DNA of 64,000 nucleotides from a virus. This document shows positions 15,352 to 25,483 of the stretch, one piece after another; position 1 is the first letter of the stretch, and each line of letters begins with the position of its first letter. A program made the position numbers and the translations under genes. The notes under the pieces are model-generated. The model ran no database searches. It was not told the DNA's origin and was given only the letters and a program-made list of their open reading frames with translations. Where the stretch lies: IMG/VR virus record IMGVR_UViG_3300028138_000003, positions 429 through 64,428 of that record; one strand, 5' to 3'.

Positions 15352-16362
15352 GTGGGTAATATTCTCGGCACCAGTTTCGCCCAGACGGGGTTCAGCTGGG
15401 ACCCGAACATCTCGCCGAACAACGAGTCGTTTGCCGCGGCGGTGCGTGCCGTTACTACCCGGCTGGGCCTCGGCACTGGCGGCGGGGGTGGCGGCGGGAC
15501 GCTGTCCAACCCGACGAACAAAGTCTCGACGATCGCCACCAACGGAACCTCGACTGCGGGGATGCGCTCGGACGGCGCGCCGGCCATCGATCAGGCCATG
15601 GCCCCGGTCTGGACGGGGGTGCACAGCTTCGGAACGGACATCCAGTTCACGGACATCACGACGCCCTCGGCTCCGTCGAACGGGACGCTGAAGCTGGCGA
15701 GCGTCGCCTCGCCGGCGGCGAATATCAGCCAGCTCACGGTATTCGATGCCTTCGGCGCGAGCATCATGATCGGCTACGAGAACCACATGCTGGTGTACAA
15801 CGCCGGCACGGCGACGTTCACCCGGGGCAATCTGGCCTATATCAACGGGGGCCACGGCAACCAGCCGACCATCGGGTACGCTCAGGCGAACGATCCCTCG
15901 ACCATGCCGGCCGTCGGCTATGCGCAGTACAACATCGACCCGGGCAGCTTCGGGGTCATCCACGTCTACGGGCTGGTGTCGGGCAACACGAACGCATTCA
16001 GCGTCGGTGATCGGCTCTTCGTCTCGGAGACGACGCCCGGGGCGCTCACGAACACGGTGCCGGCGAGCGGCAAGATCTCGCAGGAAGTCGGCTTCGTGAC
16101 TGTCTCCGCCGGCGGCTTCGGGGGCAAGCTGATCGTTGGCGTGCAGACCGAGGAGCACGCCGTCCTGCAGCCCGAGGCCACGCTCTCCACGGGGGACCTC
16201 TTCTACGCCAGCGGCACGCACTCGGTGAACCGGCTCGCCATTGGCACCAGCACGACGCAAGTCCTGACCGTCAGCGCAGGTATCCCTGCGTGGGGCTCTG
16301 TGCCAGGATATGCTGCGTTCGCTTTCGATAGCGTCTTCTACTCACAAGCAGGGGGCATCTAA
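15352..16362 (+). CDS. tail fibre protein (set 1, proximal)
   Basis: GTG start after AGGAGG. Gly/Thr-rich. Contains MRSDGAPAIDQAMAPVWTGVHSF, a motif repeated twice in the 32136-34064 fibre. Confidence 0.6.
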   Translation: MGNILGTSFAQTGFSWDPNISPNNESFAAAVRAVTTRLGLGTGGGGGGGTLSNPTNKVSTIATNGTSTAGMRSDGAPAIDQAMAPVWTGVHSFGTDIQFTDITTPSAPSNGTLKLASVASPAANISQLTVFDAFGASIMIGYENHMLVYNAGTATFTRGNLAYINGGHGNQPTIGYAQANDPSTMPAVGYAQYNIDPGSFGVIHVYGLVSGNTNAFSVGDRLFVSETTPGALTNTVPASGKISQEVGFVTVSAGGFGGKLIVGVQTEEHAVLQPEATLSTGDLFYASGTHSVNRLAIGTSTTQVLTVSAGIPAWGSVPGYAAFAFDSVFYSQAGGI

Positions 16363-16838
16363 TGCCTGTCACAAGCACACCGATATTCCCGCAGTCGATC
16401 ATCAACACCGGCTGCGCGATCCGCAACGGAACCGGGCTCGTCCAGTTCGGCGGGGCCGGCACGGCCACGGGCACGATGGTGCCCTTCTTCACTCCGGGGG
16501 CGAACGGCTCGATCCTCACCGCCATCACGGTGCAGTGCACCGACACGGCGACCTGCACCATGGCGGTCATCCTGTCCACCGGCGGAGCGGGCGGGACCTT
16601 CGTACAGGTGCTCGGTTACGCCGCGGTCAGCGGCGCCGGCACGGCGACCACGTACAGCGTGCCGCCAGTTAACCTGCTGCAGGGTACGCAGGGCTTCGGC
16701 ACCGCGCTGCCGTTCGATAGCTGCGGCAACAGAATCCTCTATGTCGCCGCGGGGTCGACCCTGAACGTCGGCCTGCTGAGTACGATCATCTGGGGCACCG
16801 GGTATCTCTTCGTCGCGGCGCAGGGTGGGAACCTCTAA
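16362..16838 (+). CDS. tail-fibre-associated protein, 158 aa
   Basis: TAATG overlap. Gly/Thr-rich beta-type composition. Confidence 0.5.
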   Translation: MPVTSTPIFPQSIINTGCAIRNGTGLVQFGGAGTATGTMVPFFTPGANGSILTAITVQCTDTATCTMAVILSTGGAGGTFVQVLGYAAVSGAGTATTYSVPPVNLLQGTQGFGTALPFDSCGNRILYVAAGSTLNVGLLSTIIWGTGYLFVAAQGGNL

Positions 16839-18136
16839 TGTCCGGCATCACGGGCGAAATAGGCTACAAGGTCCACGCTGCCGGCGCGGCCACACCGCGC
16901 GTCAACACACTCAACGTCATCGGGACGCTGAGCATGATGGGCACGATGACCGTAGACGGCTTCGTGGTAATCGCGCCGACGGGCACCACCGGCACCGACA
17001 CCGCGGCGCTCCGGGTTGTAGCTAACCGGCGGGCGCCCGCGATCCTTTGCACCAGCTTCGGCAACGCGGCCATCGGTGCCGCCTACGCGCTGCAGGTTCA
17101 GGGCACGGGGGTAACCGGGTTCTCGTACGGCCTTGAGATATTCGCCGGGAGCAACAGCTCGGATCAGGCCATCGATGTCGGCCCGGCTTCGCAGAGCTCG
17201 CTACGGTTCTTCCAGATATTCGGTGACGGCTCCGGCAAAGCCGGCCCCCAGACCGCCAGCAACAAGGGCATCTCTTGGGGCACCGGCGGTGCGGTCAAGA
17301 TCGACGCCACCAATAGCGTGTCTAACGGCGTGGCGCTGACAGTCAACGCTGCGACGGGCACGGATATCTTCAACGCCAACATCAACAACATCCGCTCGTT
17401 CGCCATAACCGCGCAGGACGGCGCCGTGGTCTTGGGCACGGGCACCGCGTATGCCTGGGGCACGGGCACGCACTACCCGGTAATCCAGCTGGCTGGCGTT
17501 GGAGCGCTATACGGCACAGGCACCGCTGGTGTCGTGCTGCTGGGCGGCGGGCTTTACTACAACGGCACCAGCTACATCTACGGGCAGGCCGGCACAGGGA
17601 TCATAGTGTCCGCGGTGAACGGCAGCCTGTCGGTGCAGTGCGTCGCCACTGCAGGTACGGCCAACGGCACGGCGGCGACGACGGCGGTGTTTGTTATCGC
17701 CGGCACGGTCACTTCCAACAGCATTCAGGGCTACGGCCCCAACGCCGCCGCGCTCACGGACATGACGCCGGACACCATAACTTTCGGAGTGACGCTGACC
17801 GGAGTGACACCATCGGTCACCGGCACGATGACGGCGAAGAAGATGGGCAACCTCGTCACCGTCTACTGCAACTCGCTGCTTGGCACCAGCAACGCTGCCA
17901 CTTGCACGATCACTGGCGTGCCGAATGCGCTGGTACCGACGCAGCGGCAGCTCATACCAATCAACATGCAGAACAACGGCGCCAACATACTGGCCTACGT
18001 GGACCTGGCCAGCACCACCTTCACGCTGGCGGTTAACTCGGTCTCCGGCACGTTCAACGGGTATAACTCCGCCGGCTTCACGGCCAGCGGGCAGAAGGGC
18101 CTTAGCCTGAGTTCCTTCACCTACGCACTCACATGA
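16838..18136 (+). CDS. tail fibre protein (set 1, distal)
   Basis: Gly/Thr-rich. Its C-terminal module (AALTDMTPDT...TFTLAVNSVSGTF) is similar to the C-terminus of the 32136-34064 fibre. Confidence 0.6.
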   Translation: MSGITGEIGYKVHAAGAATPRVNTLNVIGTLSMMGTMTVDGFVVIAPTGTTGTDTAALRVVANRRAPAILCTSFGNAAIGAAYALQVQGTGVTGFSYGLEIFAGSNSSDQAIDVGPASQSSLRFFQIFGDGSGKAGPQTASNKGISWGTGGAVKIDATNSVSNGVALTVNAATGTDIFNANINNIRSFAITAQDGAVVLGTGTAYAWGTGTHYPVIQLAGVGALYGTGTAGVVLLGGGLYYNGTSYIYGQAGTGIIVSAVNGSLSVQCVATAGTANGTAATTAVFVIAGTVTSNSIQGYGPNAAALTDMTPDTITFGVTLTGVTPSVTGTMTAKKMGNLVTVYCNSLLGTSNAATCTITGVPNALVPTQRQLIPINMQNNGANILAYVDLASTTFTLAVNSVSGTFNGYNSAGFTASGQKGLSLSSFTYALT

Positions 18137-18921
18137 CGAGCGTACCCACAATTCCTGCTCGGTTCCCCGACCCGCCCGATAGCCGGGCGCCGGCGAAGAT
18201 CGTCAGCCGCTGGGAGCTGTTCCTCGGCGAGATCGCCACCGGCGTGTCCGTGCCCGACGCGATGCTCAAGTGCCTCATCAAGCGGGCCGAGATTCAGGCC
18301 ATGACCAACCAGCCTTCCGAGCGGAAGCGCTACCGGGATGCCCAGCTTGCAGGCCTGCGGTGCGAGTACTCAGAGATGGACCTCGAGGATTTCTTCGATC
18401 GCGTGGCCACTGGGAAGAAAGTGGTCGAGTCGTTCGTCGAGGTATTCGGTCGCGAGCCTAGGGCGAGCTTCTATCGACTGCTGCGCGACGACCCCGACCT
18501 CGAGGAGCGCTATCAGAGTTCGCTCAAGACCAAGGCCATGCTGGAGATGGAGAAGTCGCTGGAGATCATCGACGACGACTCCAACGACACGCTGCCGGGA
18601 CCGAAGGGCGGGGAGATCCCGAACATGGCCGCGGTGCAGCGATCGCGCCTGCGCTTCGATGGCCGGCACAAGCTCGCCTCCACGTGGTTCCGCCGGGTCT
18701 TCGGCGAGGAGAAGAAGCAGGTCGACGTCAACGTGAACATCGACCTCGCTGCCCGAATTCAGGAAGGCCGCATCCGCGCCAAAGAGCGCAAGGTTGCTAT
18801 TACCGCGCAAGAGCGTAAAGATGCCATCGACGCCTCATTTGCTCCAGTGCCGTCCCCGGAGCCGGATACGAAGTGGATGGATGATCCGGAAGTCTCAACC
18901 GTTTGGAGGGAAGAATCATGA
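18133..18921 (+). CDS. putative terminase small subunit
   Basis: It lies immediately upstream of the terminase-large-subunit region. The N-terminus is HTH-like, followed by a charged coiled-coil middle. The assignment is by position and composition only. Confidence 0.4.
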   Translation: MTSVPTIPARFPDPPDSRAPAKIVSRWELFLGEIATGVSVPDAMLKCLIKRAEIQAMTNQPSERKRYRDAQLAGLRCEYSEMDLEDFFDRVATGKKVVESFVEVFGREPRASFYRLLRDDPDLEERYQSSLKTKAMLEMEKSLEIIDDDSNDTLPGPKGGEIPNMAAVQRSRLRFDGRHKLASTWFRRVFGEEKKQVDVNVNIDLAARIQEGRIRAKERKVAITAQERKDAIDASFAPVPSPEPDTKWMDDPEVSTVWREES

Positions 18922-19547
18922 AGACCGTGTGGGAGGTTTGCTGGGGAGTGGCGCTTGGTTTGGCTACGATTCTTGTGCTTAAGGCCTGTGTGGCGACAGT
19001 TGGCGCAGAGCCCGACGTCAGCACGCCGGATGCGATAGGCATCCTCATGGGGCAGGTCATCACTCCGGATGTGTCCAAGTTTCCCGCGTACGACACGCTC
19101 GAGGAAGCCGCGGTGCATGCGGCCGAGCGGCTATACAAGTGCTCGCAGGTCTACGAGTGCTCGAGCGTCATCGTGAAGCGAACCTCCGACGGCAAGTACA
19201 TCAACGGCCCGGCGCGCTCCGACTACTCCGGCGACAGCGTGCAGGTGAATACTTCGCATCCTGTTGGCAGCACAATGGTCGCATCGGTGCACTCGCATCC
19301 GTGCAATCCCGACGCCCACTATGTCTCGTTCTTCTCGCCAGAGGATCTGATCAGCGACATCTCGCGCAGGCAGATCGGAATCATGGTCGACTTCTGCACC
19401 GGCGACGTTCACGAGTTCGATCCGAGCAGAGACGTTGCCGCCGCTGAAGAACTGGAAAACGATCCGGGCACGTACTCCACGCATGGCCGCATCGTCGGGC
19501 ATATCGAAGTCAGCAAAGAGACCGTCGAGCCTCACGTAGGATTCTGA
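18918..19547 (+). CDS. secreted protein with HSHP motif, 209 aa
   Basis: GGAGGG RBS. N-terminal signal peptide MKTVWEVCWGVALGLATILVLKACVATVGA. Conserved-looking segment VASVHSHPCNPDAHYVSFFSPEDL. ATGA-coupled between the candidate TerS and TerL. Confidence 0.5.
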   Translation: MKTVWEVCWGVALGLATILVLKACVATVGAEPDVSTPDAIGILMGQVITPDVSKFPAYDTLEEAAVHAAERLYKCSQVYECSSVIVKRTSDGKYINGPARSDYSGDSVQVNTSHPVGSTMVASVHSHPCNPDAHYVSFFSPEDLISDISRRQIGIMVDFCTGDVHEFDPSRDVAAAEELENDPGTYSTHGRIVGHIEVSKETVEPHVGF

Positions 19548-21040
19548 TGGCAGCAGTAGCGAAGTCAGGCGACACCGCTCCTGCGCGTGCTGCGCAGGGC
19601 GGCTTCAATCCGTCGCAGTCCGAGGCCGAGCTGGCCGAGGACATGATCCGGTTCTACGACGACCCGGTCGGCTTCGTCTATTACGCGTTCAACTGGGGCC
19701 ACGGCGATCTCGCGGATCAGTCCGGGCCCGACGAGTGGCAGATCAAGTTTCTCGACGAGATTGCGGCGAAGCTGCGAGGTGATCCGGATGGGAACGTCAG
19801 AGAAGCAACCGCCAGCGGACACGGAATCGGTAAGACAGCTTGCACAGCGTGGCTTGTGCTGTGGGCTATGTCGACTCGCCCGCATCTATCGGGTGTTGTC
19901 ACAGCAAACACTATGTCCCAGCTGTCCACTAAAACGTGGAGAGAGCTGGCGCTCTGGTATAAGCGCCTCGTCAACCGTCACTGGTTCAAGTGGTCCGCCA
20001 CGAAATTCTGGCACGTTGACCACCCTGAGACGTGGTTCACCTCCGCCGAACCCAATACTGAGCACAACTCCGAAGCCTTCGCTGGACGGCACGCGTACTA
20101 CAAGCTCATCATATTCGATGAGGCTTCTGCGATACCGGACAAGATTTGGGAGGTCACTGAAGGAGCGATGACGGATCCGCGGTCCCTCTGGTGCGTCTTC
20201 GGGAACCCAACGAAGAACACGGGCCGGTTCAAGGACTGCTTCGAGCATGACAGTGCGCGGTGGGGCACGCGACACATCGACAGCCGCACCTGCAAGATGA
20301 CCAACAAGGCGGAACTGGATGAGTGGATCAAAGCATACGGCATCGACTCGGACTTTGTTAGAGTACGAATTCTTGGCTTATTCCCGCGATTCGGAGCCAT
20401 GCAGTTCATTTCGACTGAGTCAGTGGATCTCGCCATGCTCGGTGAAGTACCCTTTGAAGCCTACTGCCTGGTGCCTGTCGTGCTTGGTGTGGACGTCGCA
20501 CGTTATGGGGACGACAAATCCTGCATTGCCGTTCGCCAAGGCCGGAAGCTACATGAAATCCGGAAGTTCCGAGAACTGAACACGATGCAGCTGGCGGCGC
20601 AGATCGTCGCCTGCGGCAAGGACTACGGCGGCGCGGCGGCTGTATTCGTCGACGGCATCGGCGTCGGGGCCGGGGTGGTCGACCGGCTCCAGATGCTGGG
20701 CCACCCGGTCATCGAGGTCAACGGCGGCGCCGTGGCCTTCATGGAAACCCAGTTCTACAACAAGACCGCCGAGATGTGGTACCGGATGCGGGAGTGGATC
20801 AAGGGGTCCGATCTGCCCGCCAAAGACAGTGAGTTACGTCTCGCTTTGATCGGTCGAGAGTACTACTTCGACGACCGGGAGCGTATACGCTTGGAGAGAA
20901 AGCGCGATATGAAGAAGCGGGGACTGGCGTCCCCTGACGAAGCTGACGCCCTGGCCCATACTTTCGCGGAAGAGCTTGGTGACCTAGTGCGCAACAGCGT
21001 CGAGCCGGAAGATGAAAATTCCGTCGAACCAACGCATTAG
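19547..21040 (+). CDS. terminase large subunit
   Basis: Walker A ASGHGIGKT. Walker B LIIFDEAS. C-terminal nuclease motifs VLGVDVARYGDDKS and ASPDEADALA. Confidence 0.85.
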   Translation: MAAVAKSGDTAPARAAQGGFNPSQSEAELAEDMIRFYDDPVGFVYYAFNWGHGDLADQSGPDEWQIKFLDEIAAKLRGDPDGNVREATASGHGIGKTACTAWLVLWAMSTRPHLSGVVTANTMSQLSTKTWRELALWYKRLVNRHWFKWSATKFWHVDHPETWFTSAEPNTEHNSEAFAGRHAYYKLIIFDEASAIPDKIWEVTEGAMTDPRSLWCVFGNPTKNTGRFKDCFEHDSARWGTRHIDSRTCKMTNKAELDEWIKAYGIDSDFVRVRILGLFPRFGAMQFISTESVDLAMLGEVPFEAYCLVPVVLGVDVARYGDDKSCIAVRQGRKLHEIRKFRELNTMQLAAQIVACGKDYGGAAAVFVDGIGVGAGVVDRLQMLGHPVIEVNGGAVAFMETQFYNKTAEMWYRMREWIKGSDLPAKDSELRLALIGREYYFDDRERIRLERKRDMKKRGLASPDEADALAHTFAEELGDLVRNSVEPEDENSVEPTH

Positions 21041-21051
21041 GTGAGGAGAAT

Positions 21052-21252
21052 ATGGTGAAGTCATTGCAGAAAACGGACACGCACATTGTGGCCCACTCGG
21101 GCCGGCAGGGCGGCGTTCCGACCTACGGAGAGAACGTCTACGCGGTGTACAACAAGCGCACCGGAGAAGAGGTTGAGCGATTCAACAGCTTCCAAGAGGC
21201 GCTGGCCGGGCAGGCCAAGTACGACGCGTACGCCAAGACCCACGGGCTGTAG
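21052..21252 (+). CDS. hypothetical protein, 66 aa
   Basis: AGGTGAGGAG RBS. Confidence 0.45.
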   Translation: MVKSLQKTDTHIVAHSGRQGGVPTYGENVYAVYNKRTGEEVERFNSFQEALAGQAKYDAYAKTHGL

Positions 21253-21255
21253 TCC

Positions 21256-21444
21256 GTGCGCGGCGTTCTCCCCATGGGGGAGTGGACGGCGGAGTTTCAG
21301 ACTACGCTGACGCAGTCGGTCGCGGCCTACGACCTGAAAAGTGCGGCGGCTATCGCCGCCGCCATGGCCAAGAGCAGAGGCTGGAAGCTGATGACGGTGC
21401 AGTCCACCGAGGACTACCAGAAAGCGAAACAGGAGCGCAAGTAG
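21256..21444 (+). CDS. hypothetical protein, about 60 aa
   Basis: ORF-track call. The start is ambiguous (GTG at 21256 or ATG at 21274). Confidence 0.35.
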   Translation: MRGVLPMGEWTAEFQTTLTQSVAAYDLKSAAAIAAAMAKSRGWKLMTVQSTEDYQKAKQERK

Positions 21445-21890
21445 TGGAAAAGCATCGGTTCTATGCCGGCCAAAAAGGCAAGCCGGCAAACCACATTCAG
21501 GATTTCAATGCGCCGGTCATCGGGGACAGCTACGACGCCGACACCATGCGCGTCGAGTTCTGGATCGCGAAGCAGATCGGCACGGACCTCGTGAAGACCT
21601 ACCCCAACCGGCAGTGGCACGTCGACGTGGACTGCCGCAATCAGGTGATCGTCATATCCTGCCCCTCGCTCTCCAAGCGGGAGGGCTATCGCCTGCACAT
21701 GAAGAAAGACCCGATTGCCTCCCTGATCCCGCGCTGCCGCCACGCCGCGGCCGAGATCCTCGAGCGCTTCAACGTATCGCGCGGGCGGATCATCGACCCG
21801 ATGACGATGGAGACTTTCGCGCGAGACATGCGCGACGACGTGATCAGCAGCGATCGCGCCCACACTGTAGAGAAGTTCAACCGTGCCTGA
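21444..21890 (+). CDS. hypothetical protein, 148 aa
   Basis: GTG start overlaps the upstream TAG. AGGAG lies 7 nt upstream. Confidence 0.45.
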   Translation: MEKHRFYAGQKGKPANHIQDFNAPVIGDSYDADTMRVEFWIAKQIGTDLVKTYPNRQWHVDVDCRNQVIVISCPSLSKREGYRLHMKKDPIASLIPRCRHAAAEILERFNVSRGRIIDPMTMETFARDMRDDVISSDRAHTVEKFNRA

Positions 21891-24246
21891 GCCAAGCTAC
21901 GATCGCGAGGACATAGGGCAGACCCGCACCGCGGGCGCCGCTGCCGTTGGTGATTCGAGCTACGGATACTCGCGCACCCCCGCCGACCTGCCGCCGGGCG
22001 ACATGCCTGCCTCGAGCGGCAGCGCGCGGCCTCCGACCAACGGCACGAGCGAGATGACAGTCTCCGACGCCGCGGCTGGCGGCGGCGCCACCGGCGACTC
22101 CATGGGCGGGCCAGCAGGACATAGCGATGCGTGGCTGATTCAGAAGGCTACGCAGTTCTACACGATCGGCCGCAGCTACATGGATTCCAACATCACCCTC
22201 GGGTGGGAACGGAACCTCTATCACTTCCGAGGCGAGCATGGTCCGACTTCACCGTACGTACGTCGTGATTGGAAACGAGCACGGACGTTTCGACCCAAGA
22301 CCCGTGCGAACGTCAAAGCGCAAGAGGCCGCCCTCGCTGCTGCGGCGTTCGCGACGCAGGACTACCTCGACGTAAAGGCGACCGACGCCACCAACGAGAA
22401 GGAAGTTATCTCGGCGTCGATCAACAAGGCTCTGCTGCAGAAGCGGCTGGAACTCGTGCCGTGGAACTGGTTCATCACGTCTTTGGGGGCCTTCCAAGAC
22501 ACTAAGAATTACGGCGTTTGCATATCGCACCAGTACTGGAAGTACCAGGCTGTGAGCGAGGTCGTGCCGGCTTTCGATGACCAAGGCCAGCCGATCATGA
22601 GCGATGACGGCGCGACGCCGATGGGCACCGAGAACAAGACGGTCATCGCCGACATGCCGATGGTCGACCTTATCCCTCCGGAGTGCATGCTCTTCGAGCC
22701 GACCTGCGACTGGCGCAATCCTATGCAGTCGGCAAACTGGATTCAGTACCTCATGGGACTGACAGCCGGCGAAGTGCTGGCCATGATGGAGCAGACCGAT
22801 CCAAAGACGGGACGCTCTGCGTGGCGCAAGTACTCGCTGGCGCAGGTCCTCACGGCCTCCCGCGAGCAGATTGATAACCGCGTGCGGCGCGCTCGAGAAG
22901 GCCGCCACCGCGTAGACCCGGTGACGACTCCCGCGGGAGACGAGTTCACCATGGTCTGGGCGCATCTCAATGTCGCGCGCGAGAAGGGCGTGGATGTTTG
23001 CTGGTGGACCCTCGGCACCAACCTCGTGCTGACGGAGCCCCGGCCGCTGACCGAGGAATACCCGCACCTGCGAGCCGGCGAGCGCCCGTTCCGCATGGGC
23101 TTCTCCGTCATCGAGGCGCACCGCAACTATCCTGACGGCGACGTCGCGCAGATGGCAAACCTGCAGGAAGAAATCAACAGCGTCGCCAACCAGCGCCTCG
23201 ACAACGTGCGGTTGGTGCTGAACAAGCGTTACTTCATCCGCCGCGGCAGCCAGATGGACCTCGAGGCGCTGATGCGCAACGTCCCCGGCGGCGGCGTGAT
23301 GACCAACGATCCCGAGAAGGACGTCCAAGTTGTCAATACGCCAGATGTCACCAGCTCTGCGTATCAGGAACAGGATCGCTTGGCCCAAGACCTCGACGAC
23401 CTGGTGGGCGGCTTTGGTCAGGCCTCAATCAAGGCGGGCGGAAAGCAGATGGACCGTTCAGGCAGCATGGACGTCCTTCAAGGGGCTGCCGGCGCGGTAC
23501 AGGATTACGGCATCAAGATCTTCTTCGAGACATGGATGCAGCCGGTGCTTCGCGACCTCGTGCGGCTCGAGCAGATGTACGAGACCGACGAAGTCATCCT
23601 CGCGGTCGCCGCGAAGAAGTCCCAGTTGTGGGAAAAGTACGGCACGTCCGACGTTACCGACGAGCTGCTGCAGCAGAACCTGACCACCGACATCAACGTC
23701 GGTGTTGGCAACACCGACCCGGTGAAGCGCGTGCAGAAGCTGATCTTCGGTGTCACGCAGGTCGTGCAGTTGCCGGACATGGCCCGCCGTGTGAAGAGCA
23801 CGGAGCTGGCCGACGAGATTTTCGGAGCGCTTGGCTACAAGGATGCCAGCCGCTTCTTCATGAACGATCAGGAGCTGCAGGTGCACATGAAGACCACCCC
23901 GCCTCCGCCGCCTCCACCAGAGATCGCTCTCAAGCAGCAGGAGCTGCAGATCAAGGCGAAGGAGAACGACCAGCGGCACTCGCGCGAGACGCAGTCGATG
24001 AACCTCGACCATCAGTGGCGCATGAAGCAGGTCGAGACTTCGGACTTCCTCGGCCACATGAAGACGGCCACGCAGGAAGAGATCGCGAAGATGAAAGACA
24101 AGACCCAGCGCGACCTCGGCGCCGCGAAGGAAGGCAACCGGCTGGCCGAGGTGAACATGGACCGGGCAGATGCGGCCCACGAGCGCCTCGACAAGAAAAT
24201 GAACCCTCCCAAGCCGCCCCCGGGCAAGGGACCGCCGAAGAAGTGA
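21883..24246 (+). CDS. portal protein
   Basis: 787 aa, encoded just after TerL. Size and composition fit a podovirus portal. It has a polyproline stretch and a basic C-terminus. Confidence 0.7.
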   Translation: MPEPSYDREDIGQTRTAGAAAVGDSSYGYSRTPADLPPGDMPASSGSARPPTNGTSEMTVSDAAAGGGATGDSMGGPAGHSDAWLIQKATQFYTIGRSYMDSNITLGWERNLYHFRGEHGPTSPYVRRDWKRARTFRPKTRANVKAQEAALAAAAFATQDYLDVKATDATNEKEVISASINKALLQKRLELVPWNWFITSLGAFQDTKNYGVCISHQYWKYQAVSEVVPAFDDQGQPIMSDDGATPMGTENKTVIADMPMVDLIPPECMLFEPTCDWRNPMQSANWIQYLMGLTAGEVLAMMEQTDPKTGRSAWRKYSLAQVLTASREQIDNRVRRAREGRHRVDPVTTPAGDEFTMVWAHLNVAREKGVDVCWWTLGTNLVLTEPRPLTEEYPHLRAGERPFRMGFSVIEAHRNYPDGDVAQMANLQEEINSVANQRLDNVRLVLNKRYFIRRGSQMDLEALMRNVPGGGVMTNDPEKDVQVVNTPDVTSSAYQEQDRLAQDLDDLVGGFGQASIKAGGKQMDRSGSMDVLQGAAGAVQDYGIKIFFETWMQPVLRDLVRLEQMYETDEVILAVAAKKSQLWEKYGTSDVTDELLQQNLTTDINVGVGNTDPVKRVQKLIFGVTQVVQLPDMARRVKSTELADEIFGALGYKDASRFFMNDQELQVHMKTTPPPPPPPEIALKQQELQIKAKENDQRHSRETQSMNLDHQWRMKQVETSDFLGHMKTATQEEIAKMKDKTQRDLGAAKEGNRLAEVNMDRADAAHERLDKKMNPPKPPPGKGPPKK

Positions 24247-24310
24247 GTTTGATCACAGTCCAGTAGGTAACCACTGGCTGCCCATACAGCTACCGGAGTA
24301 AACAAGCACC

Positions 24311-24529
24311 ATGCCATACGATCCCACAAAAGCAGAGCCGCGCAACCCCACCACTGGTGGCGAGACCGCGCAGGAGACCGTCGACCGGATGGCGGGCAGC
24401 AAGCCCGGCAAGGACGGCGGCGCCAAGGGCCCGTTGGTCCCGGCCAAGCCCGCTCCGGTTAATACCCATCCCAGCTCGCCCGGTGGCCATAGCTACGGCG
24501 CACCGATCGAGCCGACGATTCTGCACTAA
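24311..24529 (+). CDS. hypothetical protein, 72 aa
   Basis: ORF-track call. Confidence 0.35.
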   Translation: MPYDPTKAEPRNPTTGGETAQETVDRMAGSKPGKDGGAKGPLVPAKPAPVNTHPSSPGGHSYGAPIEPTILH

Positions 24530-24692
24530 TGCCGTCCCCCTCACAGGTCGGGCCGGGGCTGCCAGGCGGGTTCCCGCTTCCCAACTCGGGAAACCCGGGC
24601 ACCGCGTATGGCGTGCAGAAAAGTCTGCATCCCGCCGCGACCGCGGCGCGCGGGCTTTCTAACGGCGGGCGCTCCCCGCGGGTAGGCAAGCG

Positions 24693-24863
24693 ATGAAAAA
24701 GCCCAGCATGAAGATGCCGACGATGCCGCACATTGCGAAGCCAATGGCCCCGAAGACTCGCATTCACCCGGCAGCGCAGATGCGCGTGCGGCTTCCGCTC
24801 GGCGAGGTCAACACCTCCGCCGGCGACCCGGGCGTTTCGGCTCCCGGCATAGGGAAGTTCTGA
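24693..24863 (+). CDS. hypothetical small protein, 56 aa
   Basis: The product begins MKKPSMKMPTMPHIAKPMAPKTRIHP.... Its stop overlaps the next ATG (TGATG). Below the ORF-track threshold. Confidence 0.3.
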   Translation: MKKPSMKMPTMPHIAKPMAPKTRIHPAAQMRVRLPLGEVNTSAGDPGVSAPGIGKF

Positions 24864-25120
24864 TGCCAAGCGTAAGCCGAGCACAGCAGAAGGCCATGCG
24901 CGCCGCAGCGGCTGGCAACTCGACCATCGGGATTCCGAAGTCCGTGGGCGAGGACTTCGCTGCCGCGGACCACGCGCGCGGCCCGACCAAGCTGCCGGCG
25001 CACAAAGGTTTCACCGATGCCATGAAGTCTCATGGCGTCGCCAAGGGGGCCAATAGACGGCACCCCTCGACCGGCCACTACAACATGGGGCCGCAGGGAA
25101 ATAAGTTTACAAAGCGTTGA
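24863..25120 (+). CDS. DUF3008-like phage protein, 85 aa
   Basis: The N-terminus MPSVSRAQQKAMRAAAAGNSTIGIPKSVGEDFA resembles a widespread small phage protein family. Confidence 0.45.
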   Translation: MPSVSRAQQKAMRAAAAGNSTIGIPKSVGEDFAAADHARGPTKLPAHKGFTDAMKSHGVAKGANRRHPSTGHYNMGPQGNKFTKR

Positions 25121-25150
25121 TTTTTCTCGAAAACCAGGAGGGCCTACCGG

Positions 25151-25483
25151 ATGGCGGCCGAACGAGAAGCAGGAATCGAATTCGTCGACGAGCGTGAGCG
25201 CGAGCTCTTCGGAGCCGCCGTTCTTGCGGAGGACGTTCGCACGTTCCTTCGATCCCACCCCGTGGGGCGGTACTTGCACCACCGCGCGAAGCTCGACATT
25301 CAGCAGGCCGAGGCCGACGCGCTTCAGGTCGATCCTGACGCTTGGCCGCTATTCCGGGGCCGCAACAAGTTACGACAGATCCGACAACGCGCCGCCGTCG
25401 CGCGGGCCTTCATAGGCTGGCTGTCCGAAGCCATCATCGACGGAGACAACGCTGCCGGGCAGCTTGAGGAGTACAGGAAATGA
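25151..25483 (+). CDS. hypothetical protein, 110 aa
   Basis: ORF-track call. ATGA overlap with the next gene. Confidence 0.4.
   Translation: MAAEREAGIEFVDERERELFGAAVLAEDVRTFLRSHPVGRYLHHRAKLDIQQAEADALQVDPDAWPLFRGRNKLRQIRQRAAVARAFIGWLSEAIIDGDNAAGQLEEYRK

Noticed and set aside
21883-24246. Possibility that the 787-aa protein is a head-tail connector/adaptor fusion rather than the portal
   Set aside because: Size and position immediately after TerL favour the portal. There is no independent motif evidence, so confidence is kept moderate.
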